IMG/VR virus record: IMGVR_UViG_3300027896_000034
Span: 3,256 to 67,255 of that record
DNA from: a virus
DNA: 64,000 nucleotides
Direction: 5' to 3' (one strand)
Translations under genes and position numbers: made by a program
Part shown: positions 40,138-50,678 of the stretch, piece by piece
Position numbering within the stretch: position 1 is the stretch's first letter
How the letters are laid out: every line of letters starts with the position of its first letter
Notes under the pieces: generated by a model
The model's database searches: none
The model's input: only the letters and a program-made list of their open reading frames with translations
Told to the model about the DNA's origin: nothing

Positions 40138-40822
40138 AATTGATATCACAATGGTAGCAACTATTAGACCTAATATTTTAGATAGAACTTTAGAATCTTT
40201 TTGTTTAAATTTATTTATAGATAATAATAGATATAATTTAATTTTAAATATAGATAATATTGGTGAAAAAAAACCAAGAGAAGAAGTTTTTAAAGTAGCT
40301 TCTAAGTATTTTAAAAATATAATTGTTAACTATCCAGAAGAGCCTAGTTTTAGTAAAGCTGTTATATGGACTTTTAGTCAAACAACTGAAAAATATGTAT
40401 TTCATCTAGAAGATGATTGGATTTTATTAAGACCATTAAATATAGAATTAATGATTGAATGTTTAGAAAAATATTCTAATTTAGCTTCTTTAAGATTAAA
40501 TAAAAATAAACTAGAAAAACGAACAATAATAGGAGACTATACTTTATCCCCTCTAAATATGTTAAGTTTAAATCCAACATTATTTAAAGGAGATTTTATA
40601 AGAAATATTTATCCTTTAATGAAACCTAATTTAAATCCAGAAAAACAATTAAGAAAAGATGAAAAAACTAAAAGAGGAAACTATATAAATCAATGGAATT
40701 TTGGGATACATACAAAAGAAACTTCCTCGATTGTAATTTTAGATATAGGAAGAGATTGGTTGAAAAGAACAAAATATTGTAAAGATTCAGATTTTATAAA
40801 CTGGGGAATTAAAAAGAAATGA
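40130..40822 (+). CDS. GT-A/GT2-like glycosyltransferase
   Basis: TIRP, YVFHLEDDW, SLNP. Confidence 0.65.
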   Translation: MDKIDITMVATIRPNILDRTLESFCLNLFIDNNRYNLILNIDNIGEKKPREEVFKVASKYFKNIIVNYPEEPSFSKAVIWTFSQTTEKYVFHLEDDWILLRPLNIELMIECLEKYSNLASLRLNKNKLEKRTIIGDYTLSPLNMLSLNPTLFKGDFIRNIYPLMKPNLNPEKQLRKDEKTKRGNYINQWNFGIHTKETSSIVILDIGRDWLKRTKYCKDSDFINWGIKKK

Positions 40823-41502
40823 AAATACCAGTTCTAACATATCATAAAGTTGATGATTATTCCTACAGTGGAAATTGGGTAACAACCAATAAATTTGAAG
40901 AACATTTAGAAACTATAAAAAAATATAAATATACTCCTATTTTTTTAGATGATATTTATAAAGATAATTCAATTATTATTACTTTTGATGATGGATATGA
41001 AAATTTTTATACTAAAGCTTATCCGGTTTTAAAGAAGTATAATTTTAAATGTACAAATTTTATATCAACTAATTTTATATCTTATAATGGTGATACAAGA
41101 CATTACAATACTGAGTGGGAAAATAATAAAGTAGAAATGAATTTTCCTGTAAAACATCTAACTTGGGAAGAAATTAAACTAATGAAAGATGATGGATTTA
41201 AGTTTGAATGTCATACAAAAAGCCATTCTGATTTAACTGTATTATCTTTGAATAATATAAAAAATGAAATTGTTGAAAGTAAAAAAATTATAGAAGAAAA
41301 TTTACAAGAACCTGTTTATTTTTTTTCAGCTCCGTATTCTAGATATAATAAATATATTGAAAATATATTAGTAAAAAATGGATTTCATGGAGCAGTAAAA
41401 ACTAACAAATATAAATTTAGTACAAAGAATCTTATTGGAATAAATAGGTTAGCAATAAATATGGGCACAAACATTAATAGTATTTTGGAGAGGAAAGAAT
41501 GA
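40819..41502 (+). CDS. polysaccharide deacetylase (CE4)
   Basis: PVLTYHKV, ITFDDGY, HTKSH. Confidence 0.85.
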   Translation: MKIPVLTYHKVDDYSYSGNWVTTNKFEEHLETIKKYKYTPIFLDDIYKDNSIIITFDDGYENFYTKAYPVLKKYNFKCTNFISTNFISYNGDTRHYNTEWENNKVEMNFPVKHLTWEEIKLMKDDGFKFECHTKSHSDLTVLSLNNIKNEIVESKKIIEENLQEPVYFFSAPYSRYNKYIENILVKNGFHGAVKTNKYKFSTKNLIGINRLAINMGTNINSILERKE

Positions 41503-42398
41503 ATATATATTTTTATAATGCATGGCACAATGGTGATTTACATGTATCCAGAACTTTTGTAAGATATATAATGGAAAATATTAAAGCTAAAAATTATTAT
41601 TATTGTCATTCTAATTCTAAAAAAATTTTAAGTGATATAGAAAACTTAAAACAAATTCCTTTTGATTGTATTAATAAAAATGATGAAAGAGGATATTTTA
41701 TGCAAAGTGATCAAGATTATTATATAAATACTTGGTATGGTTCATATGATTTTAGTTACTTAAATAATCAAGAATTAAATCTTTATACTTTGTTTAATAT
41801 TTTTAAAAGAACATTAAAAGAACTATTCAATCATAAAATTTTAAATGATCCAATATTTTTTTTACCAAAAGTAGATTTTACAAAATTTGATGTAAGAGAT
41901 ATAGATAATTTTATTTTAAAAGATAATAGAAAAAAAGTTTTAATTTGTAATAATGAGGTAGATTCTGGGCAGTCTGAGAATTTTGATTTCAATCCAATTA
42001 TTAAAAGATTATCTGATGAATACCCAAACATTTTATTTATAATAACAAATGTTATAGATAATAATTTAATAGAAAAAGATAATATAGTTTATTGTAGAAA
42101 TATTATTAATTCTAATGATAATGATTTAAACGAAATTGGGTATCTTAGTAAATTTTGTGATATAGTTGTTGGAAGATATTCTGGTCCTTATACTTTTGCT
42201 ACTACTTATGAAACTTTATTAGATCCAAATAAAATATTTATAAATTTTGTTAATAAAAAAACTAGAACTTATAACTATGGTGATGGGTCTTTTGGAATTT
42301 CAGCTTTTTTACCAGAAGGAAAAAGAACAAAGTTTGTTACCTCATCAAATTTTTCAGAAAGTAATATTATTAATGTTATAAAAGGAGAATTAATATGA
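41499..42398 (+). CDS. putative GT-B glycosyltransferase
   Basis: HNGDLH, SGQS, CDIVVGRYSGP. Confidence 0.5.
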   Translation: MNIYFYNAWHNGDLHVSRTFVRYIMENIKAKNYYYCHSNSKKILSDIENLKQIPFDCINKNDERGYFMQSDQDYYINTWYGSYDFSYLNNQELNLYTLFNIFKRTLKELFNHKILNDPIFFLPKVDFTKFDVRDIDNFILKDNRKKVLICNNEVDSGQSENFDFNPIIKRLSDEYPNILFIITNVIDNNLIEKDNIVYCRNIINSNDNDLNEIGYLSKFCDIVVGRYSGPYTFATTYETLLDPNKIFINFVNKKTRTYNYGDGSFGISAFLPEGKRTKFVTSSNFSESNIINVIKGELI

Positions 42399-43036
42399 AA
42401 TCAATATGGATGTTTTCAGCATCTGGATTTTCAAAAGAAAATTATGGAGTTGCTAGAAGATGTGGATTAAAAGTTGCTGGTTTTGTTGAAAAAGACAAAC
42501 AACCTGCAGGTTTGACTTTTGATGGTTTACCAATTATATGTGAAGACGACTTTGGTGTAATAGTAGATCCACCAGAAGCTGCAATCATTTCAGTTGGAGA
42601 TCCTAAATTAAAGGAAAAAATATATAATAATATTATATCTAAATTTCCGGATTGTGAGTTTCCAAATGCTATTGATCCAAGTTGTGTTTTTCTAATTCCA
42701 GAGAGTATTAAGTTTGGGAAAGGAGTTATTTTACATGCGTGGTGTTTAGCAACTTATAATGTAACATTTGGGGATTTTTGTCAGTCTGGAAGTGGTTTAA
42801 TAATAGGACATGATTGTGTTGTTGGAGATTATGGAATTTTTGGGATAGCAGCAAGTATAGCAGGTCATGCAACCATCGGAAAATCGGTAAGGATTGGTTC
42901 TAATGTTGCAACAAGAGAAGGAACAACAATATGTGATAATGTCACTTTAGGAGTTGGTGCAGTTGTTGTTAAAGATATAACAGAACCTGGAGTATATATT
43001 GGAAATCCAGCTAAGAAATTAGTTAAGGAGAAGTAA
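42395..43036 (+). CDS. sugar acetyltransferase, NeuD/PglD/PerB family
   Basis: IGHDC, hexapeptide repeats, VYIGNPAK. Confidence 0.85.
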   Translation: MKSIWMFSASGFSKENYGVARRCGLKVAGFVEKDKQPAGLTFDGLPIICEDDFGVIVDPPEAAIISVGDPKLKEKIYNNIISKFPDCEFPNAIDPSCVFLIPESIKFGKGVILHAWCLATYNVTFGDFCQSGSGLIIGHDCVVGDYGIFGIAASIAGHATIGKSVRIGSNVATREGTTICDNVTLGVGAVVVKDITEPGVYIGNPAKKLVKEK

Positions 43037-43329
43037 TGGATACATTAGGATCTTTAGTAGATAAACTTTCTGTTGTAAATCTAAAAATGTGGTCAGCTCA
43101 GGAGGGGTTATATACAATAAGAAGAATGACTTTAGAACAATTTAAAGAGAAATATTATAATGATAAAGGAATAGAAGAATTATTTAATTCATTAAATAAA
43201 GCTGCAGATTTAAATGTCCAAAGGAATGTTTTGATTGATAGTATAGATGAATTAGTTGTTGAAATGATACAATCAAAAGAAGATTTGGATAGTGGAAAAT
43301 ATATACAAAGGAAACATAAAACTTATTAA
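43036..43329 (+). CDS. DUF4254-like helical protein
   Basis: TLGSLVDKLSVVNLKMW, LNVQRNVLIDSID. Confidence 0.55.
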   Translation: MDTLGSLVDKLSVVNLKMWSAQEGLYTIRRMTLEQFKEKYYNDKGIEELFNSLNKAADLNVQRNVLIDSIDELVVEMIQSKEDLDSGKYIQRKHKTY

Positions 43330-44311
43330 TATGACAATATACATTAGTTTTATAAATGATCCAGAAGGATACAAAGATAAAGAAAAAATAATATCACATG
43401 ATCAAATAGCTTATTTTATATATAAAGACTTAAGTAAAAGATTTAGTAATATTGTTTATCATCCATTTCATAAACCAATAGATTTATCTGGGGATGATAT
43501 ACTAGTAACTTGTATTCCAAATAAAAATATAACAAAGTGGAAAGATAGAACTATTATTGTAGATAATGATACTTTTGAAGTAGATAAATGGAAATATGGA
43601 AAATTTAAAAAATATGGTCTAGATAAAAATATAGATTATACTTATTGTTTTAATAATTATTTGGAGGGATTATATGGTGCTTTAATTATGACTAATGATA
43701 TAGCAATTATGAAATTAAGCAATAATCATCCAGATGTTTTAGAAAAAAAGAATTTTATAGAATCTAATATTAAACATTTTTTTTGCACACCACATCCAAT
43801 AGATAAGAAATACTTTTCTGAAAATTATAATAAAGATCTAAAACTTTTATCCCCAAAAATGTTAGTTTATTATAATGGTGAAAGAAAGAATGCTTATGAA
43901 TTAATAGAAATACTTAAATCAGATTCATTTTTTAATGATAAATATGATGTTGTAAATTTAATTGAAAGAACAACTAATATAGAATATTCTAAAAAATATA
44001 ATTATTTTGCTCATGTATCTTTATCCGAAAGTGGTCCTTATCTAGCATATGAACTATTATGTCAAGGAATTGTTACTTATGGTCATGAAGAATGGTGGGA
44101 TGGATACGGATATGATATTCTTAGATATACTTATAATCCAGAAGAAAATGATAGAAATATATCTAATCTAAAAAAACTTTTATCTAATGATTTTTTAGAA
44201 CAATATTACTTGATGAGGAATGATATACTTTTAAAATATCTAAGTAGAACAGATAATGAATGGAATTATTTTAATAATATTTTAACTAATTTAATAAAAG
44301 GATTATTATGA
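43292..44311 (+). CDS. putative glycosyltransferase (true start probably 43331)
   Basis: SESGPYLAYE ExxxxxxxE-like motif; cluster context. Confidence 0.5.
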   Translation: MENIYKGNIKLINMTIYISFINDPEGYKDKEKIISHDQIAYFIYKDLSKRFSNIVYHPFHKPIDLSGDDILVTCIPNKNITKWKDRTIIVDNDTFEVDKWKYGKFKKYGLDKNIDYTYCFNNYLEGLYGALIMTNDIAIMKLSNNHPDVLEKKNFIESNIKHFFCTPHPIDKKYFSENYNKDLKLLSPKMLVYYNGERKNAYELIEILKSDSFFNDKYDVVNLIERTTNIEYSKKYNYFAHVSLSESGPYLAYELLCQGIVTYGHEEWWDGYGYDILRYTYNPEENDRNISNLKKLLSNDFLEQYYLMRNDILLKYLSRTDNEWNYFNNILTNLIKGLL

Positions 44312-45057
44312 TAATTTATAAAACAACCAATTTAATAACTGGAAAGATTTATGTTGGACAAGATTCTAAAAATAAACCAAATTATTTAGGATCTGGAAAA
44401 TATCTCTGGAACGCTATTAATAAACACGGGAAAGAAAATTTTAAAAAAGAAATTATTTGTGAATGTTTCTCTAAAGAAGATCTAAATGAAAAAGAAAAAT
44501 ATTGGATTAAAACTTTAAATTGTAAAGTTCCAAATGGATATAATATTACAGAAGGCGGAGATGGAGTAGTAGGACGAAAACATACAGAAGAAGAAAAAGT
44601 TCAAATTAGAGAACAAATGAAGGGAAATAAGTATTCTTTAGGATCTAAGAGGAGTGAAGAATTTAAAAATAATATAAGAGAAATAAACAAAGGAAATAAA
44701 TATAATTTGGGAAGAAAACAAACAGAAGAACATAAGAGAAAAACAGGAGAAAAATCAAAAGGAAGAGTAAAGTCATTTGAAGAGAGAAAAAATATTAGTA
44801 TAAGAATGAAAGGAAATAAAAATTGTATTGGAAGAAAACATACAGATGAAGAAAAGAAAAAAATTGGTGAAAAAAGTAAAGGAAAAAGACTCTCAGAAGA
44901 AACAAAACTAAAAATGAGAAAACCAAAATCTAATACAGAAAAGATTGGGAAATATAAAAGAACAGAAGAAATAAAACTAAAAATGAGAAATTCCCGAAAG
45001 TTATATTTGGAGAAAAGAAAAAATGAAAATTCCGATTTATCAACCTTACCTTCCTAA
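44308..45057 (+). CDS. free-standing GIY-YIG homing endonuclease with NUMOD3 repeats
   Basis: IIYKTTN..GKIYVGQ, YLGSG, GYNI..GG, repeated G.KHTEE.K. Confidence 0.85.
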   Translation: MIIYKTTNLITGKIYVGQDSKNKPNYLGSGKYLWNAINKHGKENFKKEIICECFSKEDLNEKEKYWIKTLNCKVPNGYNITEGGDGVVGRKHTEEEKVQIREQMKGNKYSLGSKRSEEFKNNIREINKGNKYNLGRKQTEEHKRKTGEKSKGRVKSFEERKNISIRMKGNKNCIGRKHTDEEKKKIGEKSKGKRLSEETKLKMRKPKSNTEKIGKYKRTEEIKLKMRNSRKLYLEKRKNENSDLSTLPS

Positions 45058-46120
45058 AAAAAGTTTAAAGTATGCTCATGAAGCTATAGACTCTGGATGG
45101 ATTTCTTCACTAGGAAAATATAAAAATTTATGTGAAGAAAAACTAAAAGAAATGTTTGGATATAAATATCTTCTTTTAGTTAACAATGGAACTGCAGCAA
45201 TACATCTTGTTTCTAAATGTTTAAAATATAGATATCCGCATATTGAGAGAGTAATTGTTCCAAATAATATTTATTGCGCTGGGTGGAACGCTTTTTTATA
45301 TGATAAAGATTTTAAATTATTTTGTTCTAAAATAGATATAGATACTTGGAATATTAAATTAGAATCTGTTAGACAATGTGATGCAATATTAATAGTTCAT
45401 AATTTAGGAAATATTTTTAATGTTCCAAAACTAAAAAGAGAAATTAATAATGTTATAGTAGAAGACAATTGCGAAGGACTAGGTGGGAAATATGAAGGTT
45501 TTTATTCTGGAACTAAATCTATATGTTCTTCATTATCATTTTTTGCAAACAAAAATATTACTTGTGGAGAAGGTGGTGCTTTTTGTACAGAAGATGAAGA
45601 ACTATATGATTATGCAAATTTAGTTCATGGTCAAGGACAATCTAAAAAAAGATATATTCATAGTATTTTAGGATATAACTTTAGAATGACAAATATTCAA
45701 GCTGCATTATTACTAGGACAACTAGAAATATTCGATGAAATAATGAAAAGAAAACAAGAAATATTTAATTACTATAGAGAGGAATTATTAAAAGTAGAAG
45801 AAGTTAAAATACAAAAAATTGAGGATAATACTTCTCCATCAAACTGGATGTTTGGAATAAGAATTCCTGGAGAAGATGGTTATACAGAGATAGAGAAATA
45901 TTTTAATGATAAAGGAATAGAAACTCGTCCACTTTTTTATCCAATTGATTATCATGCACATTTATGGTCTAACTCTTTTGTTGATATAGATAAGAATGAT
46001 AGACTTCCATCAATATTATCTGATGAATGTTTTATGATTCCTAGTTATCCAGAATTGACAAAAAATGATCAAAAATATATTATAGAAACTATTAAAAATT
46101 ATTGTAGAGGAAATCTATGA
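45023..46120 (+). CDS. DegT/DnrJ/EryC1/StrS aminotransferase (perosamine synthase-like)
   Basis: SGWISS, NNGTAAIHL, EDNCE, SFFANKNITCGEGG, GYNFRMTN. Confidence 0.88.
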   Translation: MKIPIYQPYLPKKSLKYAHEAIDSGWISSLGKYKNLCEEKLKEMFGYKYLLLVNNGTAAIHLVSKCLKYRYPHIERVIVPNNIYCAGWNAFLYDKDFKLFCSKIDIDTWNIKLESVRQCDAILIVHNLGNIFNVPKLKREINNVIVEDNCEGLGGKYEGFYSGTKSICSSLSFFANKNITCGEGGAFCTEDEELYDYANLVHGQGQSKKRYIHSILGYNFRMTNIQAALLLGQLEIFDEIMKRKQEIFNYYREELLKVEEVKIQKIEDNTSPSNWMFGIRIPGEDGYTEIEKYFNDKGIETRPLFYPIDYHAHLWSNSFVDIDKNDRLPSILSDECFMIPSYPELTKNDQKYIIETIKNYCRGNL

Positions 46121-48153
46121 TCAACTTATTTATTAATTATTATACTATATCAAATGAAGAAAGACAAGAAGAATTAGACTATTGCGTCCAAAAAAATATA
46201 GATAATATTTTAATAGATAATATTTATATTTTTTTAGATAAAAGAATAAAAATTCCATTTATATCTAGTAAGATAAAACTTATAAATTTAGAAAGACCGA
46301 CATATGCTGATATTATTAATTACATAAACTCAAAAAAAGATTTTAGAGATTCATATAATATTATTTCAAATACAGATCTATATTTTGATAGAACTCTGTT
46401 ACTTTTAGATAGAATAGATATGAAAAATACTTGTGTTGTATTAAATAGATGGAATGTTAATCCAGATGGATCATCTAAATTTTTGGAAACAAAAGGTTCT
46501 CAAGATGTATGGATATTTAAAGGAAAAATTAAACAAGATCTATCTGATATTTCTAATTTTTACTTAGGAAAAAGATGTTGTGATAATGTTTTCTTAAATA
46601 ATTTATATCTTGTTGATTATAGAAGCATAAGTCCATCATATGATATTAAAGCTTTTCATTTACATAATGTAGATTTTAGAACTTGGCAGTGGGGAATAGA
46701 TGAAATCCCAGGAAAACATATGTATATAAATTTATGTCATATAGAAGATGTTTTAGAAGGAAAATCTATTATGGACTATTATGATACTACTACAGAAGTT
46801 GACCAGAAAGAAATTAGAAAGAAAATAAATCTTTTTATTAATTATTATAAATCTGAAAATAAACAGAGACAAGAAGAAATTGATAAATGTCTTCTTAAAA
46901 ATCATGAGAATCCTTGTATATATAGAATTTATGCATTTTGTGATAAGAATATAATACCAAAAATAGTATCTGAAAAAATAATATATGTAAATATAGAAAG
47001 AGTTACTTATAGTGATTTTATATGCTATATAAATAGTCATATAAAATTTTTGAATTCTTATAATATTATTTCAAATTCAGATATTTACTTTGATGAATCT
47101 ATTTTACTACTTGATAAAATTGATATGGAAAATACTTGTGTTTCTTTAACTAGGTGGAATGTTCAACGAGATGGGTCATTAAAATTTTATAAAACAAAAA
47201 CTTCTCAAGATGTATGGATATTTAAAGGAAAAATTAAAATAGAACTAGAAAATACTTGTAAATTTATTTTAGGGCAACAATGTTGTGATAATGTTTTTAT
47301 TCATAGATTGTATACTGCAGGATATAGAACCATAAATCCTTGTGGGGATATTAAAGTTTATCATTTACATAATGTTAATTTTAGGAAATGGAATTATTCA
47401 AATAGAAATACTGGACCGCATATGTATTTATATCATTGTGATTTGCATGAGGTTACTAAAGATAAGCCATTAAAAAGTTGTTATGATATAGACAGACCAA
47501 TTAAAACTAATCTATTTATAAATTATTATGAAGATGAAAATAAAGAAAGACAAAAAGAACTTATTTTTTGTTTGAATGAAAATATGAATAATAGACGTAT
47601 TGATGTTGTTACTATATTTTCTGAAACTGATAATATTCCAGATTTTGTTCCTCATGGTGATGTTAATATTATTAAAATTGGAAGACCTACTTATGAATCT
47701 ATTGTAAAATATATAAATGATAGACCTCAATATCATGATTCTTATAATATAATTACAAATGCTGATATATTTTTTGATAATACATTATCCATATTACATA
47801 AAATTGATTTTAAATCTAAGAAAACTTGTTTAGCTTTATCTAGACATGAAGTAAATAAAAAAGAAGTAATTAAAATACCTTCACAAAAATTTACTAAAGA
47901 TAGTCAAGATGCTTGGATATTTAAAGGAAATATTGAAATAAAAGATACAAGTACTGTTCATTTTAATTTTGGAGTTCCTGGATGTGATAATAGATTTGCT
48001 TTTGAATTAAATAAAAATGGATATAATCTTATAAATTTATGTTATGATATTAAAATTTATCATTATCATTTACAAAGACCAGAAAAAAAAGGAATAGTAA
48101 TTCCAGGTCCTTATACATTAGTTGGAGCAAGTCGTAGAGGATTTAGTATATAA
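46117..48153 (+). CDS. protein with three tandem GT-A-like domains
   Basis: three copies of NLFINYY..RQ.E..C / N.D.(Y/F)FD / SQD.WIFKG / CDN / IK..H.H. Confidence 0.7.
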   Translation: MINLFINYYTISNEERQEELDYCVQKNIDNILIDNIYIFLDKRIKIPFISSKIKLINLERPTYADIINYINSKKDFRDSYNIISNTDLYFDRTLLLLDRIDMKNTCVVLNRWNVNPDGSSKFLETKGSQDVWIFKGKIKQDLSDISNFYLGKRCCDNVFLNNLYLVDYRSISPSYDIKAFHLHNVDFRTWQWGIDEIPGKHMYINLCHIEDVLEGKSIMDYYDTTTEVDQKEIRKKINLFINYYKSENKQRQEEIDKCLLKNHENPCIYRIYAFCDKNIIPKIVSEKIIYVNIERVTYSDFICYINSHIKFLNSYNIISNSDIYFDESILLLDKIDMENTCVSLTRWNVQRDGSLKFYKTKTSQDVWIFKGKIKIELENTCKFILGQQCCDNVFIHRLYTAGYRTINPCGDIKVYHLHNVNFRKWNYSNRNTGPHMYLYHCDLHEVTKDKPLKSCYDIDRPIKTNLFINYYEDENKERQKELIFCLNENMNNRRIDVVTIFSETDNIPDFVPHGDVNIIKIGRPTYESIVKYINDRPQYHDSYNIITNADIFFDNTLSILHKIDFKSKKTCLALSRHEVNKKEVIKIPSQKFTKDSQDAWIFKGNIEIKDTSTVHFNFGVPGCDNRFAFELNKNGYNLINLCYDIKIYHYHLQRPEKKGIVIPGPYTLVGASRRGFSI

Positions 48154-48175
48154 AAAATAATAGGAGATTTTTTAA

Positions 48176-48862
48176 TTGATTAATTTATTTATTAATTATT
48201 ATATATCTTTAAATAAGGAACGTCAAGATGAGATAGATTATTGTTTTAGAAAAAATTTAGATAATCTTTTAATAGATAAAATTTATGTTTTTGTATCTAA
48301 AAAAATAAATTTTCCATTTGGTTCTGGTGATGGAAGAATTCAATTAATAGATTTAGAAAGACCAAAATATTCTGACATTCTTCATTATTTTAATTCAAGG
48401 GATGAATTTAAAGAATCTTATAATGTAATTTCAAATTCTGATATTTATTTTGATTATTCAATTTCTTTTTTAGATAGAATTGATATGAATAATACTTGTG
48501 TTGTTTTAAATAGATGGAATATTAAAAAAGATGAAAATCCTAGTCATTCTGATAAAATAAAATCTCAAGATGTATGGATTTTTAAAGGTCATACAAAAAA
48601 AGAATTAGAAGCATCATCAAATTTTTATATGGGGAAAAAAGCTTGTGATTGTGTATTTTTAAATAAATTATATAAGACAGGTTATAGAAGTGTTTGCCCA
48701 TCTTATGATATTAAAGCTTATCATTTACATCTTAGTAATTATAGAACGTGGAAAGATGGCAATGATGATATTTTAGGTAAACGTATGTATATTAGATTGT
48801 GTAATATAGAAGATATTGAGAAAGGAAAAGATCAGGTAAATTATTATATCAATAAATTATAG
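48176..48862 (+). CDS. single-domain paralog of the preceding GT-A-like protein
   Basis: same motifs (NSDIYFD, SQDVWIFKG). Confidence 0.7.
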   Translation: MINLFINYYISLNKERQDEIDYCFRKNLDNLLIDKIYVFVSKKINFPFGSGDGRIQLIDLERPKYSDILHYFNSRDEFKESYNVISNSDIYFDYSISFLDRIDMNNTCVVLNRWNIKKDENPSHSDKIKSQDVWIFKGHTKKELEASSNFYMGKKACDCVFLNKLYKTGYRSVCPSYDIKAYHLHLSNYRTWKDGNDDILGKRMYIRLCNIEDIEKGKDQVNYYINKL

Positions 48863-48873
48863 GATACAATACT

Positions 48874-49587
48874 ATGAAAGTTATGGATAGAATTGAAACA
48901 TTAGATTATATAAAAAATAAGATGAATAATAATGAAAGAACAGTTGTATCCCGTTATAATGATGGTGAATATCTTTTAATGAATAATACAAAAAAATATA
49001 TTGCTAAATCTCATTCTGGAAAAATTTCTGAATTATTAAAAAAATCAATTAAAGTAAAAGGTCAACTAGTTTGTGTTAATTATTTAAAATCACATAATTT
49101 AAAAAGAAAAGATAGTTGGTATTTAGCTCATAATTATTTAGTACAAGAAGGTGGTCATAATTTATATGGTTGTAGTAATTACAATACTTATGATTTTTCA
49201 AATGATAGTTCTTTATTAATAAAACAATTTTCTGGAAAAGTAATATTAGTAACTGGATTAGTTGATGAATCAAAAAAATTTTTTAGACATATAAAAAAAG
49301 ATATAGATTTTTATGAAACACCATTAGAAGATGCAGTTTCTAATTACGAGCAAATAAAAAATAATTTAACTAGTATAGGGAATAACTATGAAACTATAAT
49401 ATTCTCATGTGGACCTTTAGGGAAGGTTTTAGTAGCAGATTTAATTAATAAATGTAATTGTAATCTAATTGATTTGGGATCAGTTTTAAATGCTATTTTA
49501 AATTTAACTAATCAATGGACAATGAGTTGGATTAAAGAGATTAATTTAAAAGAACAAATAGATATATTTAAAAGAGGTATAAGATAA
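48874..49587 (+). CDS. GT-D fold (DUF1792-like) glycosyltransferase
   Basis: SRYNDGE, GPLGKVL, IDLGS. Confidence 0.7.
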   Translation: MKVMDRIETLDYIKNKMNNNERTVVSRYNDGEYLLMNNTKKYIAKSHSGKISELLKKSIKVKGQLVCVNYLKSHNLKRKDSWYLAHNYLVQEGGHNLYGCSNYNTYDFSNDSSLLIKQFSGKVILVTGLVDESKKFFRHIKKDIDFYETPLEDAVSNYEQIKNNLTSIGNNYETIIFSCGPLGKVLVADLINKCNCNLIDLGSVLNAILNLTNQWTMSWIKEINLKEQIDIFKRGIR

Positions 49588-50277
49588 ATGAGTATTCCAA
49601 AAAATCCAGAAACTCTTGTTATTAAAAATCAATTTTACCCACAAGGTTTACGAGAGATTGATGTTTGGAATTACTATCAAAAAATTAAACCTACTTTTTT
49701 TAGAGAAGTACTTGGTAAGAATCTAACAATTTATTTTGCGGTAGAATTAAATAAGATTGTAGTTATGAGAAGAGCAAAAACACCAACAGGTTTTTTAAGA
49801 ATACATTGGTCAAATTATGATGAAGTTATTTCTGGTAGGACTATATCAATACATTCAAATTTTGGTAAGACTTCAGACTTTGGAATAATTGATATTGATA
49901 TAGCAGATTTTGATTTATCTAGGAGAGCAACTTTAAATGTTTATAATTACTTAATTAGAAAATGTAATTTTATTGATTCAGCTCTTATTAAATATACAGG
50001 TAAAGAATCATTTCATATAATTTGTAATTTAAAAAGAACAATGTATATAGATAACATTAGAATTTTAATTAGAAAATTTTTACAAGAATCTGAGTTAAGT
50101 AAAATATATACAGTTGAAAGTAAAAGATTTCCAAAGATACCAAATCTAGATCTTTCAAGTAATAAGTATCTTGGAGGTTATATAACATTAAATTCTTTGT
50201 CAACTATTGGATTAAGATCAATAGTTGTTCCTGATAATAAAATTTTAAGATTTAGAAAAGAGGATGCAAAAATTTAG
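49588..50277 (+). CDS. LigD-type primase-polymerase (AEP) domain protein
   Basis: IDVWNYY.KI, IIDID, KYTGKESFHI, LDLSSN. Confidence 0.7.
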   Translation: MSIPKNPETLVIKNQFYPQGLREIDVWNYYQKIKPTFFREVLGKNLTIYFAVELNKIVVMRRAKTPTGFLRIHWSNYDEVISGRTISIHSNFGKTSDFGIIDIDIADFDLSRRATLNVYNYLIRKCNFIDSALIKYTGKESFHIICNLKRTMYIDNIRILIRKFLQESELSKIYTVESKRFPKIPNLDLSSNKYLGGYITLNSLSTIGLRSIVVPDNKILRFRKEDAKI

Positions 50278-50302
50278 AAAAAAATACCCGAAGGTATTTT
50301 TT
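50278..50302. terminator. bidirectional terminator between convergent blocks
   Basis: A-tract-TACC-CGAA-GGTA-T-tract. Confidence 0.7.
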
Positions 50303-50651
50303 ATTCTTCGTCATCATCCGAAGATGGATCGAATTCTACAAGATCTTTCTTCTGAGGTATAGGACGACAACTAATATATCTTGATTCAATTTCTCTTAGT
50401 TTATTAGGTGGAATTATTACTTCAGGAACAATATGAATTGGACCACCATTTTTTATATATTCTTCTATTGATCTTGATACAATTTTTTTAGTTTCTGCTC
50501 TTCTCATTTCTGCTGTATGATGACATGATATGGAATGTTTTATATTTCTACCATCCATAATATTTACACCAGTCATTTCTTCGAGGTCTTTAGCAAATTC
50601 AACTTGCTCTAATTCATTATTTTCGTAACATCTTTTCATTTTTAATAACAT
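50301..50651 (-). CDS. hypothetical protein
   Basis: AGGAGG RBS; IEEYIKNGGPI motif. Confidence 0.6.
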   Translation of the reverse strand: MLLKMKRCYENNELEQVEFAKDLEEMTGVNIMDGRNIKHSISCHHTAEMRRAETKKIVSRSIEEYIKNGGPIHIVPEVIIPPNKLREIESRYISCRPIPQKKDLVEFDPSSDDDEE

Positions 50652-50678
50652 AATGATCTTCCACCTCCTTTTTTATTA

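Noticed and set aside
44308-45057. Group I intron around the GIY-YIG gene
   Set aside because: The ORF overlaps intact flanking genes directly, with no space for intron core elements
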